A stretch of 32,000 nt of DNA from Massilicoli timonensis (GCF_900199515.1 NZ_LT963434.1:1922180-1954179); one strand, 5' to 3'. Positions 1 through 8,541 are shown, counted from the first letter of the stretch. The notes: generated by a model not told the origin, from the letters alone. Made by a program: numbers and translations.

Positions 1-764
1 GCACCGCACATATCATGGGCTTTGATCTGACCTATCGGGTGGCGGTATTTATCTCGATGTCGCTGGCAGTGCTTTGGTGGGCGATCTATTCTTTGCCGAT
101 GTTAAAAAATGTAAAACAGAAACAGTACCATGAACCGGTCGATCATGTCGTAAAAGAATCCTTTGGCCGGTTATGGCATACGTTTAAGAATATCCGACAA
201 AATAAAAATATCTTTTTATTCTGCTTATCTTATTTCTTTTATATCGACTGTGTCAATACCGTAATCAAAATGGCGGTTTCGCTGGCAACGGAAATGGGCA
301 TCAGTGATGTCATGAGCCTGGTCGTCGTGATTTTGATCAATCTTCTCGCTTTTCCAAGTGCGATCTATTTTGGCAGACTGATCGAACGCTTTGGCTCTAA
401 AAAGATGATCTTTGCGGGCATCGTCGGTTATTTAGGCGTCGTGATCGCCGGTGTTTTGATTCCTTATCATCCATCACTGATCTGGGTGGTGGCATTATTG
501 GTAGGATTGTTTCAGGGAGGGATTCAATCCGTATCCCGCTCTTATTTTGCGAAGCTGATCCCGAATAAGGAGGATTCCAATGAATACTTTGGCTTCTTTT
601 CCGTCTTTTCCAAATTCTCCGCAATATTAGGGCCGATGTCAATTTCCATTATTATCATGATGACCGGGGAAACGAATTTAGGTATATTGGGACTGATCCC
701 GCTGATGCTGATCGGGGCATTTATCTTGTTATTTGTAAAAGATCCTAAATCAGAAAAGCATTAA
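1..764 (+). CDS. MFS transporter, UMF1/Atg22-like family; C-terminal part, 5' end cut by the window edge
   Basis: The 249-aa ORF (15..764) is strongly hydrophobic with about 6 TM segments. It has motifs typical of the UMF1 MFS family (YFFYIDCVNTVI, LFQGGIQSVSRSYFAKLIP, EYFGFFSV). The frame is open to position 1, so the true start is upstream of the window. Confidence 0.75.
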   Translation, partial: TAHIMGFDLTYRVAVFISMSLAVLWWAIYSLPMLKNVKQKQYHEPVDHVVKESFGRLWHTFKNIRQNKNIFLFCLSYFFYIDCVNTVIKMAVSLATEMGISDVMSLVVVILINLLAFPSAIYFGRLIERFGSKKMIFAGIVGYLGVVIAGVLIPYHPSLIWVVALLVGLFQGGIQSVSRSYFAKLIPNKEDSNEYFGFFSVFSKFSAILGPMSISIIIMMTGETNLGILGLIPLMLIGAFILLFVKDPKSEKH

Positions 765-780
765 GATCAAGACAATAGGA

Positions 781-836
781 GCGCTTTTGTAATGGCAGGC
801 ATGGCTTGTGCGTCTGCACACAAAAGCGTTCTTTTA
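781..836 (+). terminator. Rho-independent terminator after the MFS gene
   Basis: GCGCTTTTGT (781-790) pairs with ACAAAAGCGT (820-829), including one G-U pair. A structured loop lies between them and TCTTTTAT follows. Confidence 0.5.
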
Positions 837-978
837 TATTCTGTTTTCTTTACGATCGCTTTTTCAATCATTTCATTTGATCAAAGAAAAAGATAAAAGA
901 ATGAGAGCATAAAAAGAGAAGAAAGCAAAACAAGGACGAAAACGCCAAGAGAAGCGATGAATAAAGAAAAAAGAATAC

Positions 979-1007
979 TTGACGAATTCGCAAAACAGGA
1001 TTATACT
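979..1007 (+). promoter_or_regulatory. Sigma-A type promoter of the DAACS symporter leader
   Basis: TTGACG (979-984), 17-nt spacer, TATACT (1002-1007). Confidence 0.55.
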
Positions 1008-1058
1008 GCAAGTGTAAAAAAACAAGATGCCTTTAAGTTTCTCCAGAGAGGGAAGCAA

Positions 1059-1120
1059 GGAAGATCACATATGTTTTCAACGAGCAAACGCGTATCTTCC
1101 ATTGGTAGATGCGTTTTTTT
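1059..1120 (+). promoter_or_regulatory. Leader terminator/antiterminator (candidate attenuator or riboswitch expression platform)
   Basis: The terminator is ACGC-GT-ATCT (1088-1097) paired with AGATGCGT (1107-1114), followed by T7 (1114-1120). This is 22 nt before the ATG at 1143. Upstream GGAAGAT (1059-1065) is the exact complement of ATCTTCC (1094-1100), which overlaps the 5' arm of the terminator, so the two structures are mutually exclusive. Confidence 0.45.
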
Positions 1121-1142
1121 ATAGCAAAAGGGAGGAAAGCAT

Positions 1143-2492
1143 ATGAAACAGAAAAAACAAAACAGTGCTGCCAACAAGCTGGCCATTCAAATGGCGATCG
1201 CACTGGTGCTCGGTTTGATCGCCGGTGCAGGATGTATTTTGATCCGTGAACAGATGATGGCAAACGGACAGGCAGATCTCTGGAATACGATCAACTCAGT
1301 CTTATTCCAGGATATTACGGCAGAAGACGGGGCAAACGCCTTTGGTATCTTCTACATTTTGGGGCAATTATTTATCAAAGCATTACAGTTGGTCATCGTG
1401 CCGATGGTGTTCACTTCTATTACCTTGGCGATGTGTACGATTTCCGATACGCGTAAATTAGGGCGTATTTCTTATAAAACGATCAAATACTTCCTGATTA
1501 CTTCTTTTGCGGGATTGATCGTTGCCGGAATTGTCGGTATGAGCGTTTATCATTTTGGACTGTTTGATGTGGAAGTCAGCAATCTGAGTGCAAGTGCAGG
1601 TTCTACCGGTACCAATCCTTTGCTGGTTGTCGTAAATGCGATTCCATCTAATATTATCGGGGCATTTGCGGATAACGGTGCGGTATTGTCGATCGTGTTC
1701 TTGGCAGTTGCCTTCGGACTTTCCATGCATAAACTGGGAGATAAGGTAACGGTATTAAAGAAATTCATGGAAGAGATCAATGACATCGTAACTGTCATTC
1801 TAAGCTTTGTCATTACGAAATTCGGTCCTGCCGCAATCTTTGTACTGCTTACGAGAACCTTTGCGGTATACGGCATCGAACATTTGAAACCGGCTGCCGC
1901 ATATGTCATTGCCACAACACTGACGCTGCTGGTATTCTTGATCGTCGGTTATGAGTTGTTTATCAAAGTATTTACCGGATTAAATCCGTTTAAGTTCACC
2001 AAGAAGATGTCTAAGGTCGCATTATTTGGCTTCTCCACTTCATCTTCTGCGGCAACGCTGCCGTTAAACACCCAGACTTGTATTGAAGAATTAGGGGTAC
2101 CGAAGGACGTGGCTTCATTCACACTGCCATTAGGTATGACGGTAAATATGGATGGAACAGCGATCATGCAGGTCATTGCGGCAATCTTTATTGCGGGAAG
2201 CGCCGGCTATGAAATAACGATCGGTAATATTGTTGTCATTGCGGTACTGGCTTTGATTGCCAGTGTCGGTACACCGGCGGCACCAGGAGCAGGCGCGATC
2301 ATTCTGTTTACGGTATTGAGCGGTATGGGCTATACCAATGATGCGGCACTGCTTGCGTATTCTTTGATCTTAGCGATCAACCGTCCGATCGAGATGCTGG
2401 TTACTTCTTTGAATGTGTATGGAGATGCGGCGGCTGCGGTTGCGGTAGCCAAATCAGAAGGCACGCTGGATGAAGATGTCTATAATGCGTAA
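1143..2492 (+). CDS. Dicarboxylate/amino acid:cation symporter (DAACS/SDF family, GltP/SstT/TcyP-like)
   Basis: 449 aa and polytopic. SDF family hallmarks are present (FGFSTSSSAATLP, TVNMDGTA, NVYGDAAAAVAVAKSEG). RBS AAAGGGAGG lies 8 nt upstream of the ATG. Confidence 0.9.
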   Translation: MKQKKQNSAANKLAIQMAIALVLGLIAGAGCILIREQMMANGQADLWNTINSVLFQDITAEDGANAFGIFYILGQLFIKALQLVIVPMVFTSITLAMCTISDTRKLGRISYKTIKYFLITSFAGLIVAGIVGMSVYHFGLFDVEVSNLSASAGSTGTNPLLVVVNAIPSNIIGAFADNGAVLSIVFLAVAFGLSMHKLGDKVTVLKKFMEEINDIVTVILSFVITKFGPAAIFVLLTRTFAVYGIEHLKPAAAYVIATTLTLLVFLIVGYELFIKVFTGLNPFKFTKKMSKVALFGFSTSSSAATLPLNTQTCIEELGVPKDVASFTLPLGMTVNMDGTAIMQVIAAIFIAGSAGYEITIGNIVVIAVLALIASVGTPAAPGAGAIILFTVLSGMGYTNDAALLAYSLILAINRPIEMLVTSLNVYGDAAAAVAVAKSEGTLDEDVYNA

Positions 2493-2635
2493 GATGAAAC
2501 AAACGCATGCTAAGAAAACGGCTTAAATTAGGAATCAAACAGTAGGATCCTAGTCGTAAGCCAGTAGATAGAAAAAGGATCAAGAGAGCTTTTCCTGATG
2601 AAAGCAGACAGATGATCAATAAAGTGATGTAAAAA

Positions 2636-2674
2636 GTCGAAGCAGCAAGTGAAATCGTGTTTCGGCTTTTTTTT
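2636..2674 (+). terminator. Rho-independent terminator after the symporter gene
   Basis: GTCGAA (2636-2641) pairs with TTCGGC (2661-2666), including one G-U pair. A T8 run follows (2667-2674). Confidence 0.5.
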
Positions 2675-2783
2675 ACGACACGCCTGCTTTGGATGATGAA
2701 ATGGAAGCAAGAAACGTGCTATAATAATCAATAAGAAAGGAACTGTTTTTGATCGATGAAAGATCAAAAAAGAAGGTGTGCAT

Positions 2784-3317
2784 ATGAAAGCATGTATGGT
2801 AGTAACAAATGGATTTGAAGAAGTAGAAACGGTCGGCACTTATGCGATCTTAAGACGAGGCGGCGTAGATGTGCAGATCTATTCATTGAAAGGAGACGCG
2901 GCGGTCGGGCGCTTTGGTTTAACGTGCGCCGATCTGCACAGCATGGATGCATTACATCCACAGGACTTTGATGCGCTGATCTTACCGGGCGGACCGCAAT
3001 ATGAGGAATTAGAAAACAGTACAGCTGTACAAGATCTGATCAAGACCTTTGTAGAAGAGGAACGCTATGTCTGTGCACTGTGTGCCAGTCCGACGATCTT
3101 AGGACGTGCCGGTTACTTGAAAGGAAAACAGTACACCTGCTTTACATCGATGAACGAGGATTTTGGCGGCACTTATGTGGATCAGTATGTAGTTAGAGAT
3201 GATAAGATCATTACCGGCAGAAGCGCTGCCGCATCGATTGATTTTGGCTTTGCGATCTTAGAAGCGCTGGCAGGAAAAGAAAAGAGCGATCAGGTAAAGC
3301 GTTCTATTTATTATTGA
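2784..3317 (+). CDS. DJ-1/PfpI (ThiJ) family protein
   Basis: Class-I glutamine-amidotransferase-like fold signature with the nucleophile-elbow Cys (VCALCASPTILG) and LILPGG. The ORF track starts at GTG 2778, but ATG 2784 has better spacing to RBS AGAAGG (2771-2776). An extended -10 TGcTATAAT sits at 2717-2725. Confidence 0.85.
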   Translation: MKACMVVTNGFEEVETVGTYAILRRGGVDVQIYSLKGDAAVGRFGLTCADLHSMDALHPQDFDALILPGGPQYEELENSTAVQDLIKTFVEEERYVCALCASPTILGRAGYLKGKQYTCFTSMNEDFGGTYVDQYVVRDDKIITGRSAAASIDFGFAILEALAGKEKSDQVKRSIYY

Positions 3318-3376
3318 TTGCTCACAAGCTCCAACCCATTAAAAAAATAGAGAGAGGGTTGGCAGATCTGCTGAAA

Positions 3377-3452
3377 AAAGAAATCGATACAAGAGAGAAA
3401 GCGCCTGTATGAGCAGATCAGGCTGTCTCTTTCTGTCATCGGTTTCTTTTTG
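3377..3452 (+). terminator. Long-stem terminator after the DJ-1 gene
   Basis: AAAGAAATCGAT (3377-3388) pairs with ATCGGTTTCTTT (3438-3449): 12 bp with one G-U. An additional inner pairing is GCCTG/CAGGC. TTTTTG follows. Confidence 0.5.
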
Positions 3453-3472
3453 TATGGAAATGTCGAATCTTT

Positions 3473-3499
3473 TTAGCACTAAATGCTTGACAGTGCTAA
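3473..3499. promoter_or_regulatory. CIRCE element 1 (HrcA operator) overlapping the htpG -35
   Basis: TTAGCACTa-aatgcttga-cAGTGCTAA compared with the consensus TTAGCACTC-N9-GAGTGCTAA. It matches 8/9 + 8/9 with the exact 9-nt spacer. Confidence 0.8.
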
Positions 3500-3515
3500 T
3501 CAAAAAGACTATACT
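3487..3515 (+). promoter_or_regulatory. htpG sigma-A promoter
   Basis: TTGACA (3487-3492), 17-nt spacer, TATACT (3510-3515). Confidence 0.75.
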
Positions 3516-3516
3516 A

Positions 3517-3543
3517 TTAGCAGACCTATGGTAAGAGTGCTAA
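3517..3543. promoter_or_regulatory. CIRCE element 2 (HrcA operator) between the -10 and the RBS of htpG
   Basis: TTAGCAgaC-ctatggtaa-GAGTGCTAA matches the consensus 7/9 + 9/9 with a 9-nt spacer. It starts 1 nt after the -10 hexamer and ends at the RBS AAGGAGG. Confidence 0.8.
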
Positions 3544-3557
3544 AGGAGGAATAGGAT

Positions 3558-5474
3558 ATGGCTGAAAAGAAACAGTTTCAGGCAGAGTCAAAACGACTGC
3601 TCGATTTGATGATTAACTCTATTTATACACATAAGGAGATTTTCTTGCGAGAACTCATTTCCAACGCGAGTGATGCGATCGATAAATTGTATTACCGCTC
3701 TTTGACGGAAAACTTATCCGATGTGGATCGCAATGATCTGGAAATCTCGATTGAGAAAGCAGAAGATGCCAAGACCTTGACGATCACCGATAATGGCATC
3801 GGTATGAACAAAGAAGAATTAGAGGAAAATTTAGGTACGATCGCGAAAAGCGGTTCATTGGCATTTAAGGAAAAAATGGCCGAAGCGGAAAAACAAGATG
3901 AGGATGTCGATATCATCGGTCAGTTTGGTGTCGGCTTCTATTCTGCTTTCATGGTGGCAAAAGCCGTAGATGTATATTCCCGCAAATATGGGGAAACACA
4001 GGCTTATCACTGGTCCAGCGATGCAAGTGATGGCTATGTGATCGAGCCATGCGAATATGAAGGACACGGTACGAAGATCGTCTTGACATTAAAAGATGAC
4101 AGTGAGGAAGAAAAATACAGCGAATATCTGAGTACCTTTGAAATAGAACGTCTGATCAGCAAGTATTCTGATTACATTCGTTATCCGATCAAGATGGAAG
4201 TGGAAGAAAGCGTATTGAAAGAAGGCAGTGAAGATGAGTATGAAACCAAGAAAGTCATCAAGACCTTGAACTCTATGGTGCCGTTATGGAAACGCAATAA
4301 AAAAGATATTACGGATGAGGAATACAACGAGTTTTATAAAAATAAATTCAATGATTATGTCGATCCGATGAAAGTGATCCATACCAATGTAGAAGGTACG
4401 ATCTCTTATACGGCGCTGCTGTATATTCCAGGCAAAACACCGTATAACTTCTATTCACAGGAATATGAAAAAGGGTTACAGTTATACAGCAGAGGCGTCT
4501 TTATCATGGATAAGGCAAGCGAATTGGTGCCGGAATATTTCCGCTTTGTCAAAGGGTTAGTGGATTCACAGGATCTATCCTTAAATATTTCCCGTGAGAT
4601 GCTGCAGCACGACCGCCAATTAAAAGCCATCGCTTCCCGTATTGAAAAGAAGATCAAGTCTGAACTTTTGCATATGTTAAAAAATGATCGGGAACAGTAT
4701 GAAAAGTTTTGGGAGAATTTCGGTTTGCAGCTGAAGTACGGTGTGTATAATGACTATGGCATGCATAAAGATGTATTATCCGATCTTTTGATGTTCTATT
4801 CTTCAAAGGAAAAGAAACTGATTACGCTGGATGAATACGTGGAAAGAATGAAGGAAGGTCAGGAACATATCTACTATGTATCAGGAGAAACACTGGACAA
4901 GATCGATCAGCTGCCGCAGTGTGAAGTGGTAAAAGATAAAGGCTATGAAATCTTGTACCTGATGGATAATGTCGATGAATTCTGCTTACAGATGCTGATG
5001 AACTATAAAGAAAAGACGTTCAAAAACATATCACAGGGCGATCTGAATCTGGAAAGCGAAGAGGAAAAGAAAGCGCTGAGCGATGCAGCGGAAGAAAATA
5101 AAGCGCTGTTAGAAGATCTGAAAGAGGCTTTGACAAACAAGGTGAGCGAAGTGCGGATATCGGCAAGATTAAAGCAGCATCCGGTTTGTCTGACCGCAGC
5201 GGAAGGCATGTCATTCGAAATGGAAAAAGTATTGGAATCCATGCCGGATGGCAACCCGTATGGCATGAAAGCAAAACGAATTTTGGAGATCAATCCGCAT
5301 CATGAGATCTTCGATACATTGAAAAAGGTGTATGCACTGGATAAGGAAGCAGTGAAAAATTATGCGGATGTGCTGTATGATCAGGCATTGCTGATCGAAG
5401 GCTTCAGTATTGATGATCCGGTGGCTTTCTCGAATAAAGTTTGTGAATTTATGATCAAGGCTTCTAAGGCATAA
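3558..5474 (+). CDS. htpG: Molecular chaperone HtpG (Hsp90)
   Basis: 638 aa. The N-terminal GHKL ATPase motifs are unmistakable (FLRELISNASDAIDKLYY, ITDNGIGM, GQFGVGFYSAFMVA). Confidence 0.97.
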   Translation: MAEKKQFQAESKRLLDLMINSIYTHKEIFLRELISNASDAIDKLYYRSLTENLSDVDRNDLEISIEKAEDAKTLTITDNGIGMNKEELEENLGTIAKSGSLAFKEKMAEAEKQDEDVDIIGQFGVGFYSAFMVAKAVDVYSRKYGETQAYHWSSDASDGYVIEPCEYEGHGTKIVLTLKDDSEEEKYSEYLSTFEIERLISKYSDYIRYPIKMEVEESVLKEGSEDEYETKKVIKTLNSMVPLWKRNKKDITDEEYNEFYKNKFNDYVDPMKVIHTNVEGTISYTALLYIPGKTPYNFYSQEYEKGLQLYSRGVFIMDKASELVPEYFRFVKGLVDSQDLSLNISREMLQHDRQLKAIASRIEKKIKSELLHMLKNDREQYEKFWENFGLQLKYGVYNDYGMHKDVLSDLLMFYSSKEKKLITLDEYVERMKEGQEHIYYVSGETLDKIDQLPQCEVVKDKGYEILYLMDNVDEFCLQMLMNYKEKTFKNISQGDLNLESEEEKKALSDAAEENKALLEDLKEALTNKVSEVRISARLKQHPVCLTAAEGMSFEMEKVLESMPDGNPYGMKAKRILEINPHHEIFDTLKKVYALDKEAVKNYADVLYDQALLIEGFSIDDPVAFSNKVCEFMIKASKA

Positions 5475-5525
5475 GCAAAGAAACAACAGTGTTTGTTTTG
5501 ATCTTGATCTAAATCATGCAAAGCA

Positions 5526-5549
5526 AGAGCAGACAGGTCTGCTCTTTTC
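5526..5549 (+). terminator. htpG terminator
   Basis: AGAGCAGAC (5526-5534) pairs with GTCTGCTCT (5537-5545), followed by TTTTC. Confidence 0.7.
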
Positions 5550-5674
5550 ATATGCGAAAGAATGAAACAAAAGGAAGTATGATCTACAGCACGCATGCTT
5601 GAGAAAAACGGAAAACAAGATGTATTTCAAAAGCGCATCTGCTATAATGAAGAAAAAAGGAAGGGCGTGTGAAA

Positions 5675-6295
5675 ATGATCAGAGCGGTTGTATTTGACTG
5701 CGGTAATGTGCTGAATGCGTTTCAGCCGATTGCCTATTACCGAAAACAAGGATATGAAAAAACACTTTGTGAACGGATCTGTAAAGAGATGTTTCAAAGT
5801 GAAGAATGGCAGCGCTATGATCAGGGCCTGCTCACTTTTTCATCATTGATCGAGAAATTAAAGGAAAAGTATCAAGAGGATGCGAAATGGATCGATGTGT
5901 TTGCGAAACAGTGGCTGTATGTATTAGAGATGATCCCGGCGCATCAGCAGCTGTTAGATGAATTAAGTGAACAGGGCTATCGCGTCTATTTATTGTCCAA
6001 TATTGCACAGGAGTCATGGGACTATGTGAGCAAGAAAGGGAATTATCGGGAACGCTTCGATGGCTGGGTGCTTTCGTTTGAGGAAAAGCTGATCAAGCCG
6101 CAGGAGCAGATTTATCGGATCTTATTAGAGCGCTATCAGCTTGATGCGAAGGAATGCTTGTTTTTAGACGATCTGCAAAGCAATGTGGAGGCTGCCCGAA
6201 AAATCGGGATGCAGGCGCTTCAAGTAACATCGCAGGATATGCGTAAAACGGTGTGGCGCTATATAAAGGAGCAGGCAAATGAAGGAACGAAATAA
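5675..6295 (+). CDS. HAD-superfamily hydrolase, subfamily IA
   Basis: The N-terminal motif VVFDCGNVL is of the FD-x-G-x-VL type. SNI and LFLDD motifs are present in the expected order. The ORF track starts at GTG 5669, but ATG 5675 is better spaced from RBS AAGGAAGGG (5658-5665). Confidence 0.75.
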   Translation: MIRAVVFDCGNVLNAFQPIAYYRKQGYEKTLCERICKEMFQSEEWQRYDQGLLTFSSLIEKLKEKYQEDAKWIDVFAKQWLYVLEMIPAHQQLLDELSEQGYRVYLLSNIAQESWDYVSKKGNYRERFDGWVLSFEEKLIKPQEQIYRILLERYQLDAKECLFLDDLQSNVEAARKIGMQALQVTSQDMRKTVWRYIKEQANEGTK

Positions 6296-7673
6296 AAAGG
6301 GAAGGCACTTGCAGCAAAGAGAGCCGCATACAGAGCAAGCAGAAGTGCGGATTGCAGAGCTGGATGAGAACGGACAGGGAATCGCTGTGGTAAAGCGACA
6401 AAAAGTTGCTATTAAAAACGCATTGCCCGGTGAAACGGTCAGAATAAAGGCGCGTAAGGGAAAAGCCGGCATGATCATTGAAACGATGGAACGTCTCAAT
6501 GAGAGCGATGTGCGCTGTAAAGTAAACTGTGCGATCTTTGAGCGCTGCGGCAGCTGTCATTTATTGCATATGGAATATCAGAAGCAGTTGGAGTGGAAAA
6601 AGCAGGGTGTGATAAAGCTATTGCGCGAAGCGGGGCTGAAGGGAATCACCGTGCATGATCCGGTAGGTATGAAAGAGCCGTATGCGTATCGCAATAAGGT
6701 GATCATCGGTTTTCAGAAAAATCGTGCACGCAGGACGATTGCCGGCTTTTATGAAGAAGAAAGTCATCGCATCGTTGCATTCCATGACTGTCTGCTTCAA
6801 GATGCCAAAAGCAATGAGCTGGTGCGGGTCATTACCGAGCTGGTGAATGAGATGCACATTGCGCCTTATGAAGAAGATCGCCGCAGCGGTGTTCTGCGTC
6901 ATGTATTGATTCGCAGAGGGTTTGCGAGCGATCAAACAATGGTGGTATTCGTTACGAATACATCAATGTTTGCGGGCAGTAAAAACTTGGTAGCGGCCTT
7001 GCGAAAAAGATGTCCGTATATCACAACGATCGTGCAGAACATCAATACGCGCAAGACCAGCATCGTTTTGGGTGAACAGGAAAAAGTGCTGTTTGGAAAG
7101 GGTTATATCGAGGATGTTTTATGCGGACTGCGTTTTCGCATCTCCCCGAAATCTTTTTATCAGATCAATCATGAGCAGTGTGAAAAGCTGTATGCGAAAG
7201 CCAAAGAACTGGCGCAGCCTGCTTGTGATGAAATCCTGTTAGATGCGTATTGTGGCATCGGTACGATCGGTATGAGCATGGCAAAAGAGTGGAAAGCGGT
7301 TTATGGGGTTGAAGTGAACCGTGATGCGGTGCGGGACGCCAAAAGCAATGCGCTTAGAAACAAGATCGATCATATCACATTTATCTGTGAGGATGCAGGC
7401 AGGTTTTTAACGGATACGGCGAAACGGGGATGGCAGCCTGATGTTTTGATCATGGATCCAAGCCGGGCAGGCAGCGATCTTACTTTTTTGCGAGCGGTAA
7501 ACAAAGCAAAGCCGAAGCGCATCGTCTATATTTCCTGTAATCCAAAAACGCAGGTGCGCGATCTGTTAGAGCTGGCTAAACTCGGTTATCAGACGAAGGA
7601 TCTTTATCTGTATGATTTATTTCCTAATACGACACATACGGAAAGTATCTGCTTGTTAAATAGGAAATCATAA
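6279..7673 (+). CDS. 23S rRNA (uracil-C5)-methyltransferase, RumA/RlmD (RlmCD-like) family
   Basis: 464 aa with an N-terminal TRAM-like segment and a Cys cluster for a 4Fe-4S centre (CKVNCAIFERCGSCHLLH). SAM-MTase motifs (LDAYCGIGTIG, IMDPSRAG) and the catalytic ISCNP are present. It overlaps the HAD gene by 17 nt. RBS AAAGGAG lies 7 nt upstream. Confidence 0.9.
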   Translation: MKERNKKGRHLQQREPHTEQAEVRIAELDENGQGIAVVKRQKVAIKNALPGETVRIKARKGKAGMIIETMERLNESDVRCKVNCAIFERCGSCHLLHMEYQKQLEWKKQGVIKLLREAGLKGITVHDPVGMKEPYAYRNKVIIGFQKNRARRTIAGFYEEESHRIVAFHDCLLQDAKSNELVRVITELVNEMHIAPYEEDRRSGVLRHVLIRRGFASDQTMVVFVTNTSMFAGSKNLVAALRKRCPYITTIVQNINTRKTSIVLGEQEKVLFGKGYIEDVLCGLRFRISPKSFYQINHEQCEKLYAKAKELAQPACDEILLDAYCGIGTIGMSMAKEWKAVYGVEVNRDAVRDAKSNALRNKIDHITFICEDAGRFLTDTAKRGWQPDVLIMDPSRAGSDLTFLRAVNKAKPKRIVYISCNPKTQVRDLLELAKLGYQTKDLYLYDLFPNTTHTESICLLNRKS

Positions 7674-7757
7674 AAAGAAGTGTAGCAGCATTTCTTTATA
7701 GGAAAATGAAAAATGCACAAACAAAAAATAATATTCGTATAAAAACAAACATCAAAA

Positions 7758-7789
7758 GTCTATAAAACCCATGTTTATAGGCTTTTTTC
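7758..7789 (+). terminator. Terminator after the rRNA methyltransferase gene
   Basis: GTCTATAAA pairs with TTTATAGGC in a 9-bp AT-rich stem with one G-U. TTTTTTC follows. Confidence 0.5.
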
Positions 7790-7901
7790 TTTTCTTTGTA
7801 GTTCCCGGCAATAGAAGATTGATAATAAAACAGGGACAGGCATAAAAGCAAAAAGGCATGGTGCAGGTGCAGGATAATGGGGGGGTGTGAAAAAGGAAAT
7901 C

Positions 7902-7937
7902 ACAATCGTTTTATTTGTAGAAAACGATTGTTTTTTG
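7902..7937 (+). terminator. Strong second ('orphan') terminator with no annotated gene upstream
   Basis: ACAATCGTTTT (7902-7912) pairs with AAAACGATTGT (7921-7931) in a perfect 11-bp stem with an 8-nt loop. A T6 run follows. Confidence 0.7.
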
Positions 7938-7991
7938 AATTAGGTTTTGATGAAAGCAATTTAAGCAGAATTACACTTTCTTTCAAAAAAA

Positions 7992-8007
7992 GTTAGTTAT
8001 AACTAAT
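7992..8007. promoter_or_regulatory. GTTAG-N6-CTAAC box, site A (feo distal, upstream of the -35)
   Basis: GTTAGTTATAACTAAT. The core TTAGTTATAACTAA (7993-8006) is a perfect 14-bp palindrome. It matches the box at 9/10 positions. Confidence 0.55.
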
Positions 8008-8014
8008 TTTCTTC

Positions 8015-8043
8015 TTGACAGATACTTCCAGCGGGCTTATACT
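8015..8043 (+). promoter_or_regulatory. feo operon sigma-A promoter
   Basis: TTGACA (8015-8020), 17-nt spacer, TATACT (8038-8043). Confidence 0.7.
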
Positions 8044-8049
8044 AAAATT

Positions 8050-8065
8050 GTTAGTTAGGACTAAC
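8050..8065. promoter_or_regulatory. GTTAG-N6-CTAAC box, site B (feo proximal, covering the +1 region)
   Basis: GTTAGTTAGGACTAAC is an exact 10/10 match. It starts 6 nt after the -10 and ends 3 nt before RBS GGAAGGA. Confidence 0.6.
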
Positions 8066-8084
8066 TTCGGAAGGATGGTGTAAT

Positions 8085-8297
8085 GTGATGCCGATTACCT
8101 ATGTAGAAGAAGGGAAAACCGTACAGATTCAAAAGATTACCGGAAAAGACAAACTGCGCAGTCATTTGGCGAATATGGGGTTTGTGGAAAAAGGGAATAT
8201 TACTGTGATTCAAAGAGTTGCGGGCAATATGATCTTAGAGGTAAAAGGAACAAGAGTAGCGATTGATGAAGCATTGGCAAATCGCATTATGGTGTAG
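8085..8297 (+). CDS. feoA: FeoA family protein (copy 1)
   Basis: 70 aa SH3-like FeoA domain (RSHLANMGFVEKGNITVIQ...GNMILEVKGTRVAIDEALANRIMV). The start is either GTG 8085 or ATG 8088. Confidence 0.9.
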   Translation: MMPITYVEEGKTVQIQKITGKDKLRSHLANMGFVEKGNITVIQRVAGNMILEVKGTRVAIDEALANRIMV

Positions 8298-8306
8298 GAG
8301 GACAAG

Positions 8307-8528
8307 ATGAGAACATTGAATGAGTGTAAGCCGAAAGAAACGATAACCGTTGTGCGACTGCATGGAAGCGGTGCACTGAAGAGAAGGATCATGGATATGG
8401 GGATTACCAAAGGCGTAGAAATACACGTACGTAAAGTTGCACCTCTGGGAGACCCTATGGAGTTGAATGTCCGCGGATATGAATTATCACTGCGCAAGGG
8501 TGATGCGGAAATGATCGAAGTAGCGTAA
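8307..8528 (+). CDS. feoA: FeoA family protein (copy 2)
   Basis: 73 aa FeoA domain (RRIMDMGITKGVEIHVRKVAPLGDPMELNVRGYELSLRKGDAEMIEV). RBS AGGAGG lies upstream. Confidence 0.9.
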   Translation: MRTLNECKPKETITVVRLHGSGALKRRIMDMGITKGVEIHVRKVAPLGDPMELNVRGYELSLRKGDAEMIEVA

Positions 8529-8541
8529 AAGAGGTGGTACG

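Noticed and set aside
873-1263. Three minus-strand ORFs (873..1058, 1001..1186, 1033..1263) lie across the symporter promoter and leader.
   Set aside because: They are mutually overlapping, low-complexity and lack an RBS. The region is better explained by the promoter plus attenuator on the plus strand.
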